Source: the human T2T-CHM13v2.0 reference genome, Homo sapiens. From it: DNA of 64,000 nt. A program made the translations under genes and the position numbers. The stretch lies in assembly GCF_009914755.1 (NCBI RefSeq), contig NC_060934.1, one strand, 5' to 3'. This document shows, one piece after another, positions 27,391 to 46,993 of the stretch; position 1 is the first letter of the stretch; each line of letters starts with the position of its first letter. Below the pieces are notes generated by a model. It ran no database searches and was not told the DNA's origin. It worked only from the letters and a program-made list of their open reading frames with translations.

Positions 27391-28881
27391 ATAGAGAGCA
27401 CAAATGGTAGTTAAAAAGAGCCTTAAGATATTACACATGCTAACAAAGATTTTACAGTATAAATAGGATAATAGAATATAGAAATAGAAAGACAATGTAT
27501 GCGATCATATGTAATATGTTTTCTAGGTTTCACATCAATCCTCTTAGGAAGATAATTGAGTATAAGGGAATAGATGGGAGAGACACTTTGAAATGCTGTA
27601 ACTCAACAGTAACATAATTATATAAGCACATAATTGTTGAGGCCAGATGTGTTGATACCACACCTTGAGGAGTTTTCAAAGCATCAAAGTTATAATAAAG
27701 AGATGATGATATGGTCTAGTTAATTACTGCCTATAGTAGCATATTAAATCTGTAAACTACAGTGCTGCTACCAAATCTAAGATACTGATACCTTCTGATA
27801 TTATCGAGATCACATTTTGAAAGGAAGAGAATGCCTAGAGACCATTTTCAATGGTTTTCTAGGACTGAGCTGTGAATAGCGGTAATCTGAAAAACAATGG
27901 CAAGTCGAGTCTATATTCCAACCCATATTTAAGGGGAAATAAGATTTGGCACTTTGGAAATTCATCTATCAAGAATATATATCAATATATAGTTGTACTC
28001 ATCACTGTGTTCATACTCTGCTGACCAAAATTTAAATGCTAGCTAAAAAGGATTCTGGGAAGTATGGGTTTTAGTTATGCATCCTTGTACCTGTCTAAAA
28101 TTCAGGATGTTTTATTACTAAAAAGAAGAAGGGAAGAATTAATTCTGGAAAACAATTAACTGTGGAATTATATAGATCCCAGCAGTAAGTTATTTAGTCT
28201 AGGAACTAGGTGGAAGCAAGGAGACCATATAGGCAAGTAATCCAGTGATCTAGATGTGAAGTAATAAATAATGCTACCAGACTTATGAGGTTGGCACTGA
28301 AAAGGATTGGGTGGATCCAATAAATGTTGCAAGGAAAGAAGCACTATAACTTCATGACTGGAAAACAGAAAGAAATAAATAAAAATCAATGCTTGATTAT
28401 TTTTATATGATCTTCAGGGAAATAATCAAGTTGGTTATAAATAAGAACTCCTGTTATATTAACAGTAATAATAGGGATAAGAAAGAGGATGGTTCTTTTT
28501 AAAAATACCTGGTTTATAGTTTTAAAGAATCTATTTTGTAAAGGACAAGAACTGTCTTTCTCTTACAAATTTCACTCAAATATGTAGATGATTTTGATTA
28601 TCTTGACAAGCAACCTAATTTTACATGTTGTGATATACTTGATATTCTGTAAGAGGTCTAAAGAACTGATAATGTAAAGGGAAAATGCATTCGGTGAATG
28701 AATATGCTGCATTATTTATTTGTTATTCATCATACTGGGAAATTGTAGCAGGTAGAGACTGGTGAGATTATCACACACAAACACACAATTTTTTGGTAAG
28801 CCACAATACATGAATAATGTTATACTAACTTTAAAAAATGAGTCAATATTATAAATACAAATTCTAGGGCCTCACATTAAC

Positions 28882-29253
28882 TTTTTATTTTATTTTATTT
28901 TATTTTATTTTATTTTATTTTATTTTATTTTATTTTATTTTATTTTATTTTTTGAGACAGAGTCTCACTCTGTCGCCCAGGCTGGTGTGCAGTGGTGCGA
29001 TCCTAGCTCACTACAACCTCCGCCTCCCGGATTTAAATGATTCTCATGCCTCAGTCTCCCAAGTAGCTGGGATTACAGGCATGCACTGCCACACCCGGGT
29101 AATTTTTGTATTTTGTTTTGTTTTGTTTTAAGTAGTAGAGACAGGGTTTTACCATGTTGGCCAGGCTGGCCTCGAACTCCTCACCTCAAGTGATCCTCCC
29201 GCCTCGGCCACCCAAAGTGCTGGGATTACAGGCGTGAGCCACTACACCTGGCC
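28882..29253 (-). mobile_element. AluS with (TTTTA)n tail
   Basis: Complete antisense Alu; pentanucleotide tail at 28882-28952. Confidence 0.95.
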
Positions 29254-31039
29254 TAAAGTTAATATTTTAAGCGACAATCTTCTTGCCCATTATTCACTGC
29301 AAAAATGCATACATCTCTAATGGGATAACCACTTCTATCTTGAAATAAAGATGTGTAAGTCTTGGTTCTGTCTATGCTAATGTAAGTATTTTTATCACTG
29401 TAAGTTTGTACATTTGATTGTTTGGGACTTGTCTTGGACAGTTTCTTACTGTGTGTTTGAATTTGGTCTATAGATTTACACTATAAGGAAACAAGTTTAT
29501 TATTTTCTTCTATAAGAATTTATAGTTATTTCAAAGTTATGAGTTGAAATGTTTTGATAGAAGACTACATAACCATGGGTTCTGATTCAAAAATAAGTCC
29601 AATCAGTAATACTCATAGTTACTTGCTATGAGTTGTTAATTAACTTGTTGTTAATTGTTTGCAAGATAGATAAAATTAGTAATGGTTTATCATTATTGAC
29701 TCCCAAACCATCCTGTTTGGATATGTGACATGTGCATTTTAAGAGTTACAGATACTGAAAGCAAGATCTAATATAGAATTTTTAAAACACTTTTAGCTAT
29801 CTACCAAGTCCTTTGGTCATAGATTATTTCTAAGAATAATAAAACATTGATATCCTAAAGTATTTGACACCAGTGATTTCTTGGAAAGTGAGCAATTTGA
29901 TATTTCCATTGATAGACATATTAGCATGGCTATATTTGCTAGTAGTTGTAGGTAAATTCCTTTATTATAAAATAAATTTACCTTTATTATCATTATTATG
30001 TTTTATACCCTCAAGTGGATTGCCAGTACTATCACAGGGAAAAGAGGGTTCTTGGGCCTGAGAATTTTGAAATTTTGTTTCCTCTTAAGAATAAAAAATA
30101 AGTGTTATATGTAACATCTTGATAAGGAAATATTAATGATACCGAGCTCTGAAAATTAAAATTAGCGTCTGTGGAAAAAGTAAGCCAAACTAGTTTTATT
30201 CACTAAAACACCTAAAATCAACTTTTTGATATATACAATCTACCGTGGTTATTATGCACTTTTATATCTTTGCCAAATTATCCTTACAATTTTCCGACTC
30301 ACTGTAATGAAACATATTTTCCACTTCATGCTATACCGTGGCATTTCATTAGTGTCTATAATGGTACTTGAATTCAATCAACCATATTAAGAACTGACCT
30401 ATTTACAGGATGGTTCAAACAATGGTGATACATACATTTAGATATTGATAGTTTTAAATTCTGGTAAAAGGTAACGTTTTATGACTGATGAAATTAATAC
30501 TGGAACAATGAGTTTAATTGACCACCAGACAGTATGCAAATAAAATGTCAAAAATTCATATAATTTAATAGTCCATTAAGCCTAATGGAGTTATATCCCA
30601 TATAAGCCAAAGGATTCAAGTAGAATTCTATTTTGGATAATCATCTGTTACTATTTGAATATAATTTAGAAAAATGCTTAGTTCTTTACTGTTTGAATGT
30701 AACTTAGAAAAATGCTTAATCTAAAATATTTAAAATATTTATATGATTTTTTACTGGATAAAAATAAACATGCTCAAGAGTTTAAAAATAGATGCATTTT
30801 ATCACTTCTAAAGAGGTTATAAGTCTACAATGCAAATATTGTCAGTGTCTAGATGTGCCGGCAAGATGGCCTCTGATCTGCCACCACCTGATAGTGTAGT
30901 TCCCAGAAAACCTTGAGTTATCAAAAGCTGTGTTATAAAAATTGCATATCCATGAGAACAAAAGGGCCTTAGGGCCTAGAGAGTTTGAAAAAAAATTACA
31001 AAAAAAAATTATAGTTTCCTGTAGAAATTTTAATAAATG

Positions 31040-32200
31040 CTCTCTTAGATTCTCTAAAAGATGTTATAAATCTAAATGTGAAAACAAAATATTTATTAAC
31101 ATATTTTCATGACCTTGGAGTAGGCAAAGTTTTCTAAATGAGACTTTTCAAATCATTAATCATAAAAGAATAAAACTAATAACCTGGACCATATTAAAGT
31201 AAGAACTTATCTTCGTCAAAGTACATTATTAAATTAGTGAAAAAACAAGCAATGGAGTGAGAGAAGGTATTTTCAATACATAAATCTCATATTCAGAATA
31301 CATAAAGAACGTTTTACAAATCAATGAAAAAAGATAGAGACAACAGAGTGGGAAAAGTGGTAAAAAAAAAAAAAAAATTGAACAGAACTTCATCATAGGT
31401 ATCCAGACACCCAATAGGCATATGTAAAGGATCTCAACTTCCTTAGTTATTTGAGAAATGCAAAATAAAACTACAGTGAGATACCATTACACATCTATCA
31501 AATGGCTAAAATGAAAAAGACAATACAAGATTTGAAAAGGATGTGTAGCAGTTGAACCTCTTATTCACTACTGTAGAGTGTAAATTGGTACAACTCTTTT
31601 TGATAATTATTTGGCAGTATATATTAAAGCTGAGTATATGGATACCCTGTAACTGAGAAATTTGACTCTTAGCTACATACCCAATAGTAATGCAAACATA
31701 AGTTTGCCAAAACCACCATACAAGTATGCTCATAATAGCATTACCAATAATAGCCACAACCTGGTATTACTCAAAATGCCCGTCAGTAGTATCATTTTTA
31801 AAAACAAAAGATAGTAATGGTATGTTCTCACAATCAGACACTGTACAGGAAAAAAATCAGTGAGTGAACCACTACATGTAAATATAACAAGGTAGATGGA
31901 TTTCAAAGAAATAATGTCTACATATACACAAAGCTAGAAACATAAGAATAAATACTTAGGATTGGGTTTATTTACAGTTCAATAAAAGACAAAACTAATC
32001 AGTATGTTATGTCAGGTGAGCGCTTCCCCATGTGAGGAGTGGTCTTCACTGGGAAGAATATGAGGAGGGCTTTTGGAGTACTGCTAATATAGGATTTCTT
32101 ATTCTAGATCATAGTTACACAGATATGTTCAATTTTCGAAAATTAGTTGAGATACTTACGATTTCTCATGATTTCTGTATTTTCTACTTCAGTAAAATTT
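31040..32200 (+). mobile_element. Ancient L1ME/MD-like 3' segment
   Basis: gaccttggagtaggcaaag, gagaaatgcaaaataaaactacagtgagatacca and related ORF2/3'UTR motifs. Confidence 0.75.
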
Positions 32201-32929
32201 AAATTGTGTTCCGTGCAGGTAGGCAACCATCAAAAGGGACCCAGTTCACAACAAGGAGATAAACCTTGGTAGCCTCTTTATCCCTTGGTTCCGACACTCT
32301 TCTCCCTCACTTAGAGACGTAGAGGCAGCTGGCAATAGCAATAGGGGGATCCCACCACATCCCTATCTCACAGAGAGACATCCTGCAGCCAGCCCTGGAA
32401 AATCCCTTCCATTCTTCCCAGGTAACACCAGTATGTACCAGTGGGAGCTGCAGAGGCACCAAATGTACTGTAAGACCAACATAAGATCGCAAAGGCTATG
32501 AAATTTAAACCATCATTGGAACCACAGCCCACCATAGTTATGTCAAGACCTACGTGTTATGTGCTAACAAAGAGAATGCCTACTAAATAAAAGATTTAAA
32601 TAGAACTCAGAGTCTCCTATGTGAGAAACATGTTTCCTCAAAAATTGCTTGTAGAAATATAAAGTGATTTCATCTTTTATAGGAAATAGTTTGGCTATAC
32701 CTCAAGGTATTAAACATAGGTTACCATATGGCCCAGAAATTTAACTAGATACTTAAGAGAAATGAAAACATAAGCCTCAAAAACTTACATATGAATGTAC
32801 ATAGCAATATTATTCATAGTAAACAAAAAGTGGAAACAGCTCAAATGTCTAGCAACTGATTAATGAATAATCAAATCATAGCATATCCATACAGTGGAAT
32901 ATTATTTGCTAATAAAAAGGAATGACGTA

Positions 32930-34454
<1,525 letters not shown>

Positions 34455-34769
34455 TATTAATATGTATAGTAAGCTTGAACCTTGCATGCATTATTCTAAG
34501 TGAAAGAAGCCAGACACAAAAGGCCACTTATTGTACAGAATGTCCAAATAGGCAAATCCAGAGGCAAAAAGTAGTTAGTGGTTTCAGACACTTTGAGAGT
34601 AGGGAATGAGTAGTGACTGCTAATGGGTATGGAGTATCTTTTAAGGAAAACCAAAACATTATGGAATTAGATATTGGTGGTAATTGCACAACTGTATAGA
34701 AAAACTAAAAACCGCTCTTTGGACATGAACATGGCAAATTTTATGGTATGTATAAAACTTATTTTAAAT

Positions 34770-35840
34770 AAAGAATCAAATGAAGATTATAAAACTGAAA
34801 GATTCAGTAAGAGAAATAAAAATAATTTGCTGGATTAGCCAGTAGTAAAGTAGAGATGACAGAGAATTGAATCACTGAAATTGCGGATAAAACAATAGTA
34901 TTCACTCTGCAGATAAAATAGAGTGAAAGATTATGAACATAGCATCAGTTCTTACATGATAGGAACTAAAGAGCCAACATTAATACCATCTGAGTCACAG
35001 GAGTGGAGAAGAGGGTGGGGCTGAAAGAATATTTGAGGAAATAAAGGCTGAAAACTATCCCAATTTGGCAAAATACAGAAACCTACAGGTCCAAGAAGAC
35101 AATTGAACACCAAAGAGGTTAAATGCTAAGAAATCCCCACCAAAATACATCATAATTAAGTTTTTGAAAAATATAATCAGAGAAGAAAATCTTAAAAGCA
35201 ACCAGAAACAACACACTACATATTGACACCAATTTGAATGTCAGCAAATTTCTCTTTTTAAACTATGGAGTCTGTAAAGAAGTGGCATAATTTCCAAGTG
35301 CTATAAGAAAAGAACTTCAAACTGTGAATTCTGTGTTTAGAGAAACTATCCTTCATGAATGAAAGGGAAACAAAAACACTGTCAGATGAATGCAAACTAA
35401 AATCATTTATCTGCTACAGACCTTCCTTTAAAATTGTGTAACAGAAGTTCTTCAAATGGAAAGGAAATGACAAAGGAAAGTAATTTAAAGTATAACCTAC
35501 ATACCATTGGCTATCCTCTTCCTCATGAAATTTGTAAATCTTTTATGATTGAAACAAAAAGTATAATCCTATCTGATACTCAGTGCAATGATATTTAAAA
35601 GTTGAGAAGGTAAAGGTAAAAATTGGACATGTGGTTTCACACTTCATTCTAAGTGGAAAATGCTGATACTGGTGAACTACTTTAATTCATATATGTATGT
35701 AGCAGTACACAGAGCAACCACTATGGAAACTACACAGGGAGATACATTCAACACTATAAATAAATCAAAATAGATTCCTAAAGTATGTTAAAGTAGTCCA
35801 AAGGAAGGCAAAAGAAGAGAGAGGGATAAAATGATGAAAA
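34770..35840 (+). mobile_element. Old L1M ORF1 region
   Basis: gaatatttgaggaaataaaggctgaaaactatcccaatttggcaaa; aaactatccttcatgaatgaaagggaaa. Confidence 0.75.
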
Positions 35841-35849
35841 TGAGGGGTT

Positions 35850-37097
<1,248 letters not shown>

Positions 37098-37158
37098 TTA
37101 AAGGTAGGAACAAAATGCAGTTGCTTACAACCACCAGTGTTATTTTGCCCTGATCTGG

Positions 37159-37996
37159 AAGATGAGCCAATGCAAGCAGATAAGAAGCATATTTATTAGT
37201 AATACAATCATATCTATTGAAGAAACAGCAAAACAATAATATAATTCATTATTGCAGATAGTTGTAACATTATATTAAAGCTTTTAAAATTCTTTGCCTA
37301 TGGAATAATTATAGCTTCCTTTCTAAGTCTGATTTCAACTTGATCATATAATCAATTGATGCTTCTCTATACTCTTCCAGGCTGGAATATAATAGGAGCT
37401 ACCATTTACTTGTTTGATAGGCTCTACCTCTGTCATGCTTTCACAGAAGAGGCTTTTACTATAAAGAAGTCACACATTGCCCTAGTTAAACTGTCCAGTT
37501 AAGTTCCTGAAATATTGTTACAGTGCCAAAACCAATCATCTTTGTAGATATGGTTCTTAGTATTTGAGAAAACAAATCAGTTTGTTTAAGAGGGAGACCT
37601 TCCTAGATAGAAAAACTAGACTCCACAGATAGAGGATTGTGTGCACCTATGTGATATTACTACTCTACTAAATTCTATATTATTTCATTTAACTATTTAC
37701 ATAATTTTCTCATAAAACATTAGCTAGCAACATGCTTATTTAAACCTTTTATGTTAAAATTTTTGTAATTTTGCACTGTAAGATGAGCTAATGCAAATAG
37801 ATAAGAAATGTATTTATTAGATATTCAGTCATATCTATTGAAGGGACAGAAAAACAAGGTAATTCATTATTGTAGATAATTATAAAATTATTTTATATAA
37901 AATATTTTAATATTCTTTGCCCATGTAATAATCATAGACTTATTTCTCAATCTGATTTCATCGTGATTATTATAATCATTTCATGAGCTCTCTATA
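37159..37996. repeat. Old ~210-bp direct duplication (37159-37370 and 37781-37996)
   Basis: Shared blocks aagatgagc.aatgcaa..agataagaa, tcatatctattgaag, taattcattattg.agata, attctttgcc.atg, tctgatttca, tctctata. Confidence 0.85.
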
Positions 37997-38459
37997 GAAT
38001 ATTTGAAAAGTATGTGATTGATTACTTAAACAAGTAAACTATAATGTAAGCTGGCACTATTATAAAATAAACACGCAGAGCAATAGAGTTATTACTATAT
38101 ATGTGAACCTAGAGATTTTAGTATTATAATGTTACTAATATTTTAAATTACATCGTACAGCATAATAACAAAAGTTTTCAGACTCAATGGTGTTAGCAAG
38201 GGTAGCACATACAAGGCCAAAATATAAAATCAAGGGTATTTCCATATATTCACAATGAACAATAAGAAATTGAAATCAAAAGAATGCAATTCCTAAAACT
38301 TCCTAACATAGGAAACACTTACATATGAATTTAACAAAGTGTTCTGAAAACTACACAACACTGATGAAAGAAATCAAAGAATACCGAACTAATGAAGAAA
38401 TAGACATTTTTTGAATTAGAAGAATTAATGTTGTCAGTCTTCCTCAAATTGATCAATAG

Positions 38460-38796
<337 letters not shown>

Positions 38797-38935
38797 AATT
38801 CTAATGTATTTTTATGAATTAGTAGGCTGATAAAATTTATATGGAAATGCAAAGGAACTAAAATAGCCTGAGCAATTTTGAGAAAGAATGAAGTTGGAGG
38901 ATTGGTAACACTTGATTTCGAGGCTTATTCTAAAG

Positions 38936-39143
38936 CAGTGGCTCTCAACAGAGGACTCTTTTGCACCCTCAGGAAACATTTGGCAATGTCTGGGGACATT
39001 TTGCTTCTCATAACTTCGAGGTTTCTACTGGCAGCTAGTGGATAGAGGCTAGGGAATCTGATAAACATTTGCAATGCAAAGTATGGCACTCAGACAAATT
39101 ATCCAGCCCAAAATGTTAATATTGGCAAGGTTGAAAAAACCTG
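38936..39143. mobile_element. MER20 (hAT-Charlie)
   Basis: cagtggctctcaac...acatttggcaatgtctgg...aaggttgaaaaaacctg; degenerate 8-bp TSD. Confidence 0.85.
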
Positions 39144-40399
39144 ATCTAAGCTCCAGTAATCAAGAAAGTGCAACATTCATTAAAGAGTAGATCCATATAT
39201 CAATAAAACATAAATATACCCACATATATATGATCAACTGATTTTCAACCAAGATGCAAAGGTGTTTCAATGGAGAATAGATAAACCCTTCAACAAATAG
39301 TGCTGGAACAATTGGGTATAAATATGCAAAAAATAATAATAACTTTGACCTCATACTTCACATTCATATACAAAAATTAACTCAAAATTGATTATAAACC
39401 TAAACGTAAAGCTGAAAATCATAAAATACCTAAACAAAACACAGGAGAAAATCTTTGTGACCTGGACCAGGAAAAGACTTTCTAGGTATGATATCAAAAC
39501 CATGATCCATGTAAGAACATATTGATAAATTAGAATTACAAAGTAATAATGAATAAATAAGCCACAGACAGGGATAAAAATTTGTAGAGCACATATCTGA
39601 CAAAGAACTTGAATCTAAAATATATAAAGGATTCTCAAAACTCAAGAAAACAAAAATGATGCAGTTTTTAAAAAGGGCAAAAGATTTGAGTAGACACTTT
39701 AACAAAGAAGATATATGGATGACCAATAAGAATATGATGATACTCAATATCATTAGTCTTAGACAAATACAAATTAAGAATGCAGTATGACACCACTGCT
39801 GCACCTACTTCTACTACTACTACTACACACACACATGCACACCCCCAAACAAACAAACAAAAACCCCTTAAAATACCAGATGAGAACACAGAACTTCTGC
39901 AATTCCTGTGCCTTGCTGTTGGGAATACAAAATGGTACAGTCACTTTGAAAAAACAGGCAGTTTTTAAGTATAGTTAAGCATATACATACCAATGACATA
40001 ATCTCATTTCTCCATCTTTACCCCAAAGAAGCAAGAACTTAGGTGCACACAAAAGCTGTATGTGAACGTTTGTAGTGGCTTTATTCATAAACACCAAAAC
40101 CTGGGAACAATCTAATATTCATCACCTGGTGAATATATAAACAAAGTGTAGTATGTTTACACAATGGAATGCTACCTGGTACTAAAAGGAACTAAACTAC
40201 TGATACAACAGCGTGGATGAATCTCAAATGCATTATGCCAAACAAAAGAAGCAAAATTTCAAAAACTAAGATCTTATTTGATTCCCCAGCAGCCTGAACC
40301 AATCACATTGAGCTTGTTTTGTGTTACAGAAAAACATTTTTTTACTCTTTAATCTGTGTGTTCTTGGAGGCCTCTGTTACAATGGCCAACCTTACCTTA

Positions 40400-40780
40400 A
40401 CTACGCACAGTGTGTACCAAACACTGCTGCACTCTCACATTTAGTTCTCACGACAATATTGTATGTAGGCATTTTAAACTCATTTTTACAGAAGAGGAGA
40501 ATGAGTCTCAAAGAGATAGAGTAACTTGCTCAAGGTCGCATAGCCCAAACATTTTGGATTCAGATCTATTCCAAAGTCTGTATACTTTTGCCATATATAG
40601 GGTTGTAAGTCAGACAGACCTGGGTTCAAATCCTCATTTAGCCATTTACTCCTCTTAAGATTTGCTAGACGTTAAAGATAAATTTGGATGTGGCTATTTC
40701 ACAGTGCTGTGAGAATTTAAGTAATAAAAGGATATACAATTTGGTTCAAAGTAAACACTAAATAAATGCTGACTGTTATT
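40400..40780. mobile_element. Adjacent MIR fragments in opposite orientations
   Basis: ttttacagaagaggag...taacttgctcaaggtc, then cagacagacctgggttcaaatcct. Confidence 0.65.
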
Positions 40781-41467
40781 ATGCCTCAATGCCTCTCCTC
40801 ATCTGTATACATACTTGGGATTTTGCAGTAATTATAAAACTACATATAAAGTGCTTAGAAGCAATATATCTGGGATGTTGTTAGCTTTAATTATTATTCT
40901 TGTATTTGTTATACATGCTTAATTGGGGAAACCTCTTTGATTCCAGTAAGTTCATTCTCAAAATGTGCTTTGCATTCTATCTAAAATTTCTCGTGAAATA
41001 GTTACATTCCTGAACCAGTCACTTGCAAGATAGAAAGGCGTATATCACTTCTGACATTCATTCCCAGTTGAGTTTGGAGCATATACAGTCAGAGATGTTA
41101 TCAAGATACCAAGATTTTGCTTCATTACTCAACACTAATGGACAAGCTGAAGTAGTTTATTTTTCGAAGAGACTCTGAAGCACACTTAAGGTTTTCATTG
41201 TTTACTATGCTATTCTGTGTTCAACAATAGAAGGGTATATATCAAGCTTGTCCAGTTCATTCACTTACATGATATTTTATAATATAAATGGGAAACTGTA
41301 TGGGATACTTCTGTTTAAGCCCATAACTCATTTTTTTTTAAAAAAAGTATTCTCTTCATCTAAATACATTGTTTCTTGAAAAAAAATTTTCCAAAAAGTA
41401 ATGCAGTGAAAATTGTTCTTTCTTCCTTGTTCCTCCTCTACACTGTTCCTATTCCATTCTCAATGGG

Positions 41468-41578
41468 AGATATATATATATTTGTATATATATAATATAG
41501 ATTTATATATCTATATAATATATTTATATATCTATATAATAGAGATTTATATATATATAAATATAAAAAAATATATAT
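41468..41578. repeat. Degenerate (TA)n low-complexity tract
   Basis: Directly visible. Confidence 0.9.
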
Positions 41579-42084
41579 CCCTCTGGATATTTCTCCTTTT
41601 TTGAATGCATATAAAAGCACTACAGAATTTTCCAAGAATTTTGTCATTTAACCAAACTGAACTCTTGGCACACCATTTAGATGAAAAGATGTGTTTGTTC
41701 CATGTGGATCCCTAGTATGTCTGCTAACAGGATTGACAATAACAGACATTAGAAACATACTCTGAATGTTTACTAGTTTTACTTAATCTGTTTGTCTCTG
41801 GCAGTGATTCAGAATGGAGTTAGTCTGGAGCTGTTATTGAACTTCATTGTTACTGTTCTTGAAGCCCCACTCATTTCCTGCCACCCCATCCCTATTGTGT
41901 TTGAAGTAGAAAGCTAAAGTGTTGTAAGATGGTGAAGAGGAACACAGACATGTTTTAGTCCTTGGCATCTCAAGGCAAAATTGGTACTTGAAACCAGATA
42001 TCAACCTTTAGATCCCATATTCTTTCACCTATACATTGCTCTAGTCCATTTCATCCTCTTTGGTATGTTTTTACAAAATTTTAA

Positions 42085-42090
<6 letters not shown>

Positions 42091-42134
<44 letters not shown>
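42091..42134. repeat. (CA)22 microsatellite
   Basis: Directly visible. Confidence 0.97.
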
Positions 42135-42138
<4 letters not shown>

Positions 42139-42379
42139 TATATGCCCATTTAAGCTGAGGGAATACTAGAAGTTATGGATGATCTGTATAAAGGAGATGA
42201 TCTTTATTGAAAGAGCCTTAAAATTATACTGATTTTTTAAAACAAAGAATAACTTTATTCTAATATTCGTTTAAAACTGTACATTGATATTATTTTATAA
42301 TAATGGCTGCTATAGTGTGAACATTTACGTCCATAAGGTCTGCTTTGGACCCTTTATTAGATAATTTAGTAATACTAAT

Positions 42380-42680
42380 TATAATAACCAAAGGAATGTA
42401 TTTACTTCTCATGGACCAGTTTAATGTGGATGTTCGCACCAGTAAGATGTTTTCCTCCATATAGTGTGTTAAAGACCCCTGTTCTTTCCATTTTATGGCT
42501 GCTTCATTTTCTAGACTCTACAGCTAGCAGAATGTTAAAGAGACAGTGGAGAAGGCATCTGGTTCTTAAAAACTATGGCCTTGAACTGGTGCATAACCAC
42601 ATCTGCTGCATTTCAGCAACAGGAAATAGTAATCATGTGGTCATACCTGCTTGGAAGAGGACTGAGATATGTGGTCTTTT
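42380..42680 (-). mobile_element. Old MLT1-like LTR fragment
   Basis: ggccttgaactggtgcata...atcatgtggtcatacct...gactgagatatgtggtc. Confidence 0.5.
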
Positions 42681-42863
42681 TCTTTTCTTTTTTTCTTTTT
42701 TTTTTTTATGATAACCATTGTTAATATTTTATTAAAAGCCCTCCCATACTTTTCCCTATGGACTAATACATATATATATTCATGTATGTGTATTAGGCAG
42801 GGCATAATACTATACATACTATTATCTAATCTGCTTTATTTTTCACTAAATAGCATGTATGAA

Positions 42864-44709
<1,846 letters not shown>

Positions 44710-44989
44710 TGTAGTCCTTTTCTAGGCAGTTACTTCCTATCATTAACTCCTCCCCAAGGAATGGGAACCGTTGATAAATAGCTATTCATCTGTGCACAAA
44801 CTCTATTTAAGGTAGTTTATTACTTTTGGTATTGTTTCATTATGTGGCCCTGAAATTTAATATGTTGGTGGGTTTTGTGAAATTTTTATTTTAATTCACT
44901 GAAGTGGCAAAATAACCACCACACTTTGTTGTGTGCCATTTTGTGGTAGAACATTTGTGTGTGAATTCTCATTGCAATGCAGAGTATTT

Positions 44990-45150
44990 CTTGAGTGAGA
45001 ATCAGGTCTGTGTTCACCTCTAGCCTCTGTAACTCTCTAGGTGTGAGGCCTTGGAGAATCACTTAATTTCTCTGAGCCTGTCTTTCTTCATCCATAAATC
45101 AAGGAGGTTAGATAATGTGTTATAATCTTCAAAGGTCCTTACAATGTTAA
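44990..45150 (+). mobile_element. MIR fragment
   Basis: gtgtgaggccttggagaatcacttaatttctctgagcctgtctttcttcatc. Confidence 0.65.
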
Positions 45151-46968
45151 AATTATATGATATTTGAGTGACATAAATTTTAAAAGTTTATAGTGACGCT
45201 TTGTTTTATTTATTTGTCGCTTTAATTATTGTGCTTAAGAAATACGTTATCATTTTGAGTTAACAGTCCTCACTAAAAGATTAAAAATTTGCTATTTGTA
45301 TTTATTCAGGCCTAGTTAAATTTAACAGCAACATGAAATAAATGATTACCTGTTTTAGATATAATTTCATAATAAGGCCTCTGAAGGTCGTTTGAAATAC
45401 TGCACTAATTAACGTTTTATTTCCAGCCTTCCTTAATTATTCTAGCCAGATGGTCCTTTATTTATGTTATTGCTAGAGGTTTCCAGCTGAGGTTGTTTGA
45501 TTGTTGAAGAAAAATATGTGATGGCACCATAAGATAATTGTAATTGAATTGTTAGGTATGTTAGAGCATTTGAGCCTTCTGTCCCGGTTCTATCCACATC
45601 TGGGAAATAAGTTTGTTAACAAAGCACTTTGACACCTCATCTGATGCTTGAGTGAGATTCTGAACTGTCCAGATGGAATTCAAATGGGGAAATGACTGTG
45701 CATTTTATTGTAAAAGGCACTTTGCAAATATCTGTGCAAAATTCATTTTGTGAATGAAAAGAAAAAAACCTTTAAAATAAAGTACACTTTTAAGGGCATG
45801 ATCTGTTTTCCAAGTGTCATAATAACTTCAGGAATAAGCTGTTGCATTAAGGTCAAATTTAAAATTTGTGCAGATTAACCACCATTTAGGAAGCAGTTAA
45901 GTGGAGTTTTTATGGCATGGAACTTCAAAAGTGTAAATGAATTATCAGCTGAATAGATAGTCCAATAAAAGAAGCAGACTTAAAGTGGAAGATAAAAGTG
46001 ATAAAGTGACAGTAAATTAGAGAATAGAACTAAAAGCTCTATTGTTATGAAGAACAACAATAGACCTGAATTATCTATGTTTCTTTACAAAGTATCTTTT
46101 CTCATTTCTGTGCTTATGAGTTTTACAATTACTAAATAAATAGTATTGGATCTGAAAGCTTCTATCAGCCAAGTTAGGTAGAAAGCCTTATTAACATGGC
46201 CACTGGCAACTTAATACTGGGCAATTTTCCTCCAAGCAAACGTGATTTCATTATTATAGTACTTAAGCTGTGCACATGCAGGATAAATCAGTTCAATGAC
46301 CTTCTTCCCAATATGTTCAAAGATGTTGAAATCTCAGCGTATGCAGAGCTGACACGATTGGACATGATTGTTCAACATCTTGGTAATTGAGATGCTGTTT
46401 TTTCAAATCATGGAGGCATTGTTTATCTTATATTGTTTATCATGATTTATATATAAATAAAATTTTATTGGTCAGAAGACTTTCATAAGTCAAGTTACTG
46501 GTTGAGTATAAGGCACTAATATAATTATTAATGATTATGGAGGTATCAAATCTGGATGATAATTTGATACCTAATGAAATGGTAAAGCAAAACAAATAAG
46601 TAACTTCCAGTGGAACGCACACACACATGCACACAGATACGTTTGAATAGAAAAGCTGACCATGTTGATTTAAAAAGATTTTCAAAGAAACTAGAGAGGA
46701 AGGGGATTGGATCTGTTGTTTTGTCTTCTTTTTTTAAATTTCTTCTATCACTTTGCTTTCTTTTGCCCATAAAAATTAAATGGCATACTTAAGTCACCCA
46801 TCTTAGAGGCACTGACTTCTGCTAAATAAGAGAAAGAGCTTATGGAGTGTTGTGTTGTTCATTTTTTTGTGTTTTTTATGTTTTATTTTTTCCTTATTGA
46901 CTTGTCCCAAAGCCATTTCTGTGTTTTGGTTCGTTGATTATTCCCACTTGAATAATCTCTCTCTGCAG

Positions 46969-46993
46969 GAGGCTTTTTGTACCGATCACTAAA
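46969..46993 (+). other. Candidate 25-nt microexon of an unidentified host gene
   Basis: tctctctctgcag|GAGGCTTTTTGTACCGATCACTAAA|gtaagt; AG-free U-rich tract upstream; ~2 kb repeat-poor context. Confidence 0.5.

Noticed and set aside
30408-30470. Possible exon after ctgacctatttacag with donors gtaaaa/gtaacg
   Set aside because: The pyrimidine tract is weak and there is no other support; such signals are common in AT-rich introns.
46196-46390. 64-aa ATG ORF in unique sequence near the candidate microexon
   Set aside because: No recognisable protein similarity and no convincing flanking splice sites; the length is compatible with chance.
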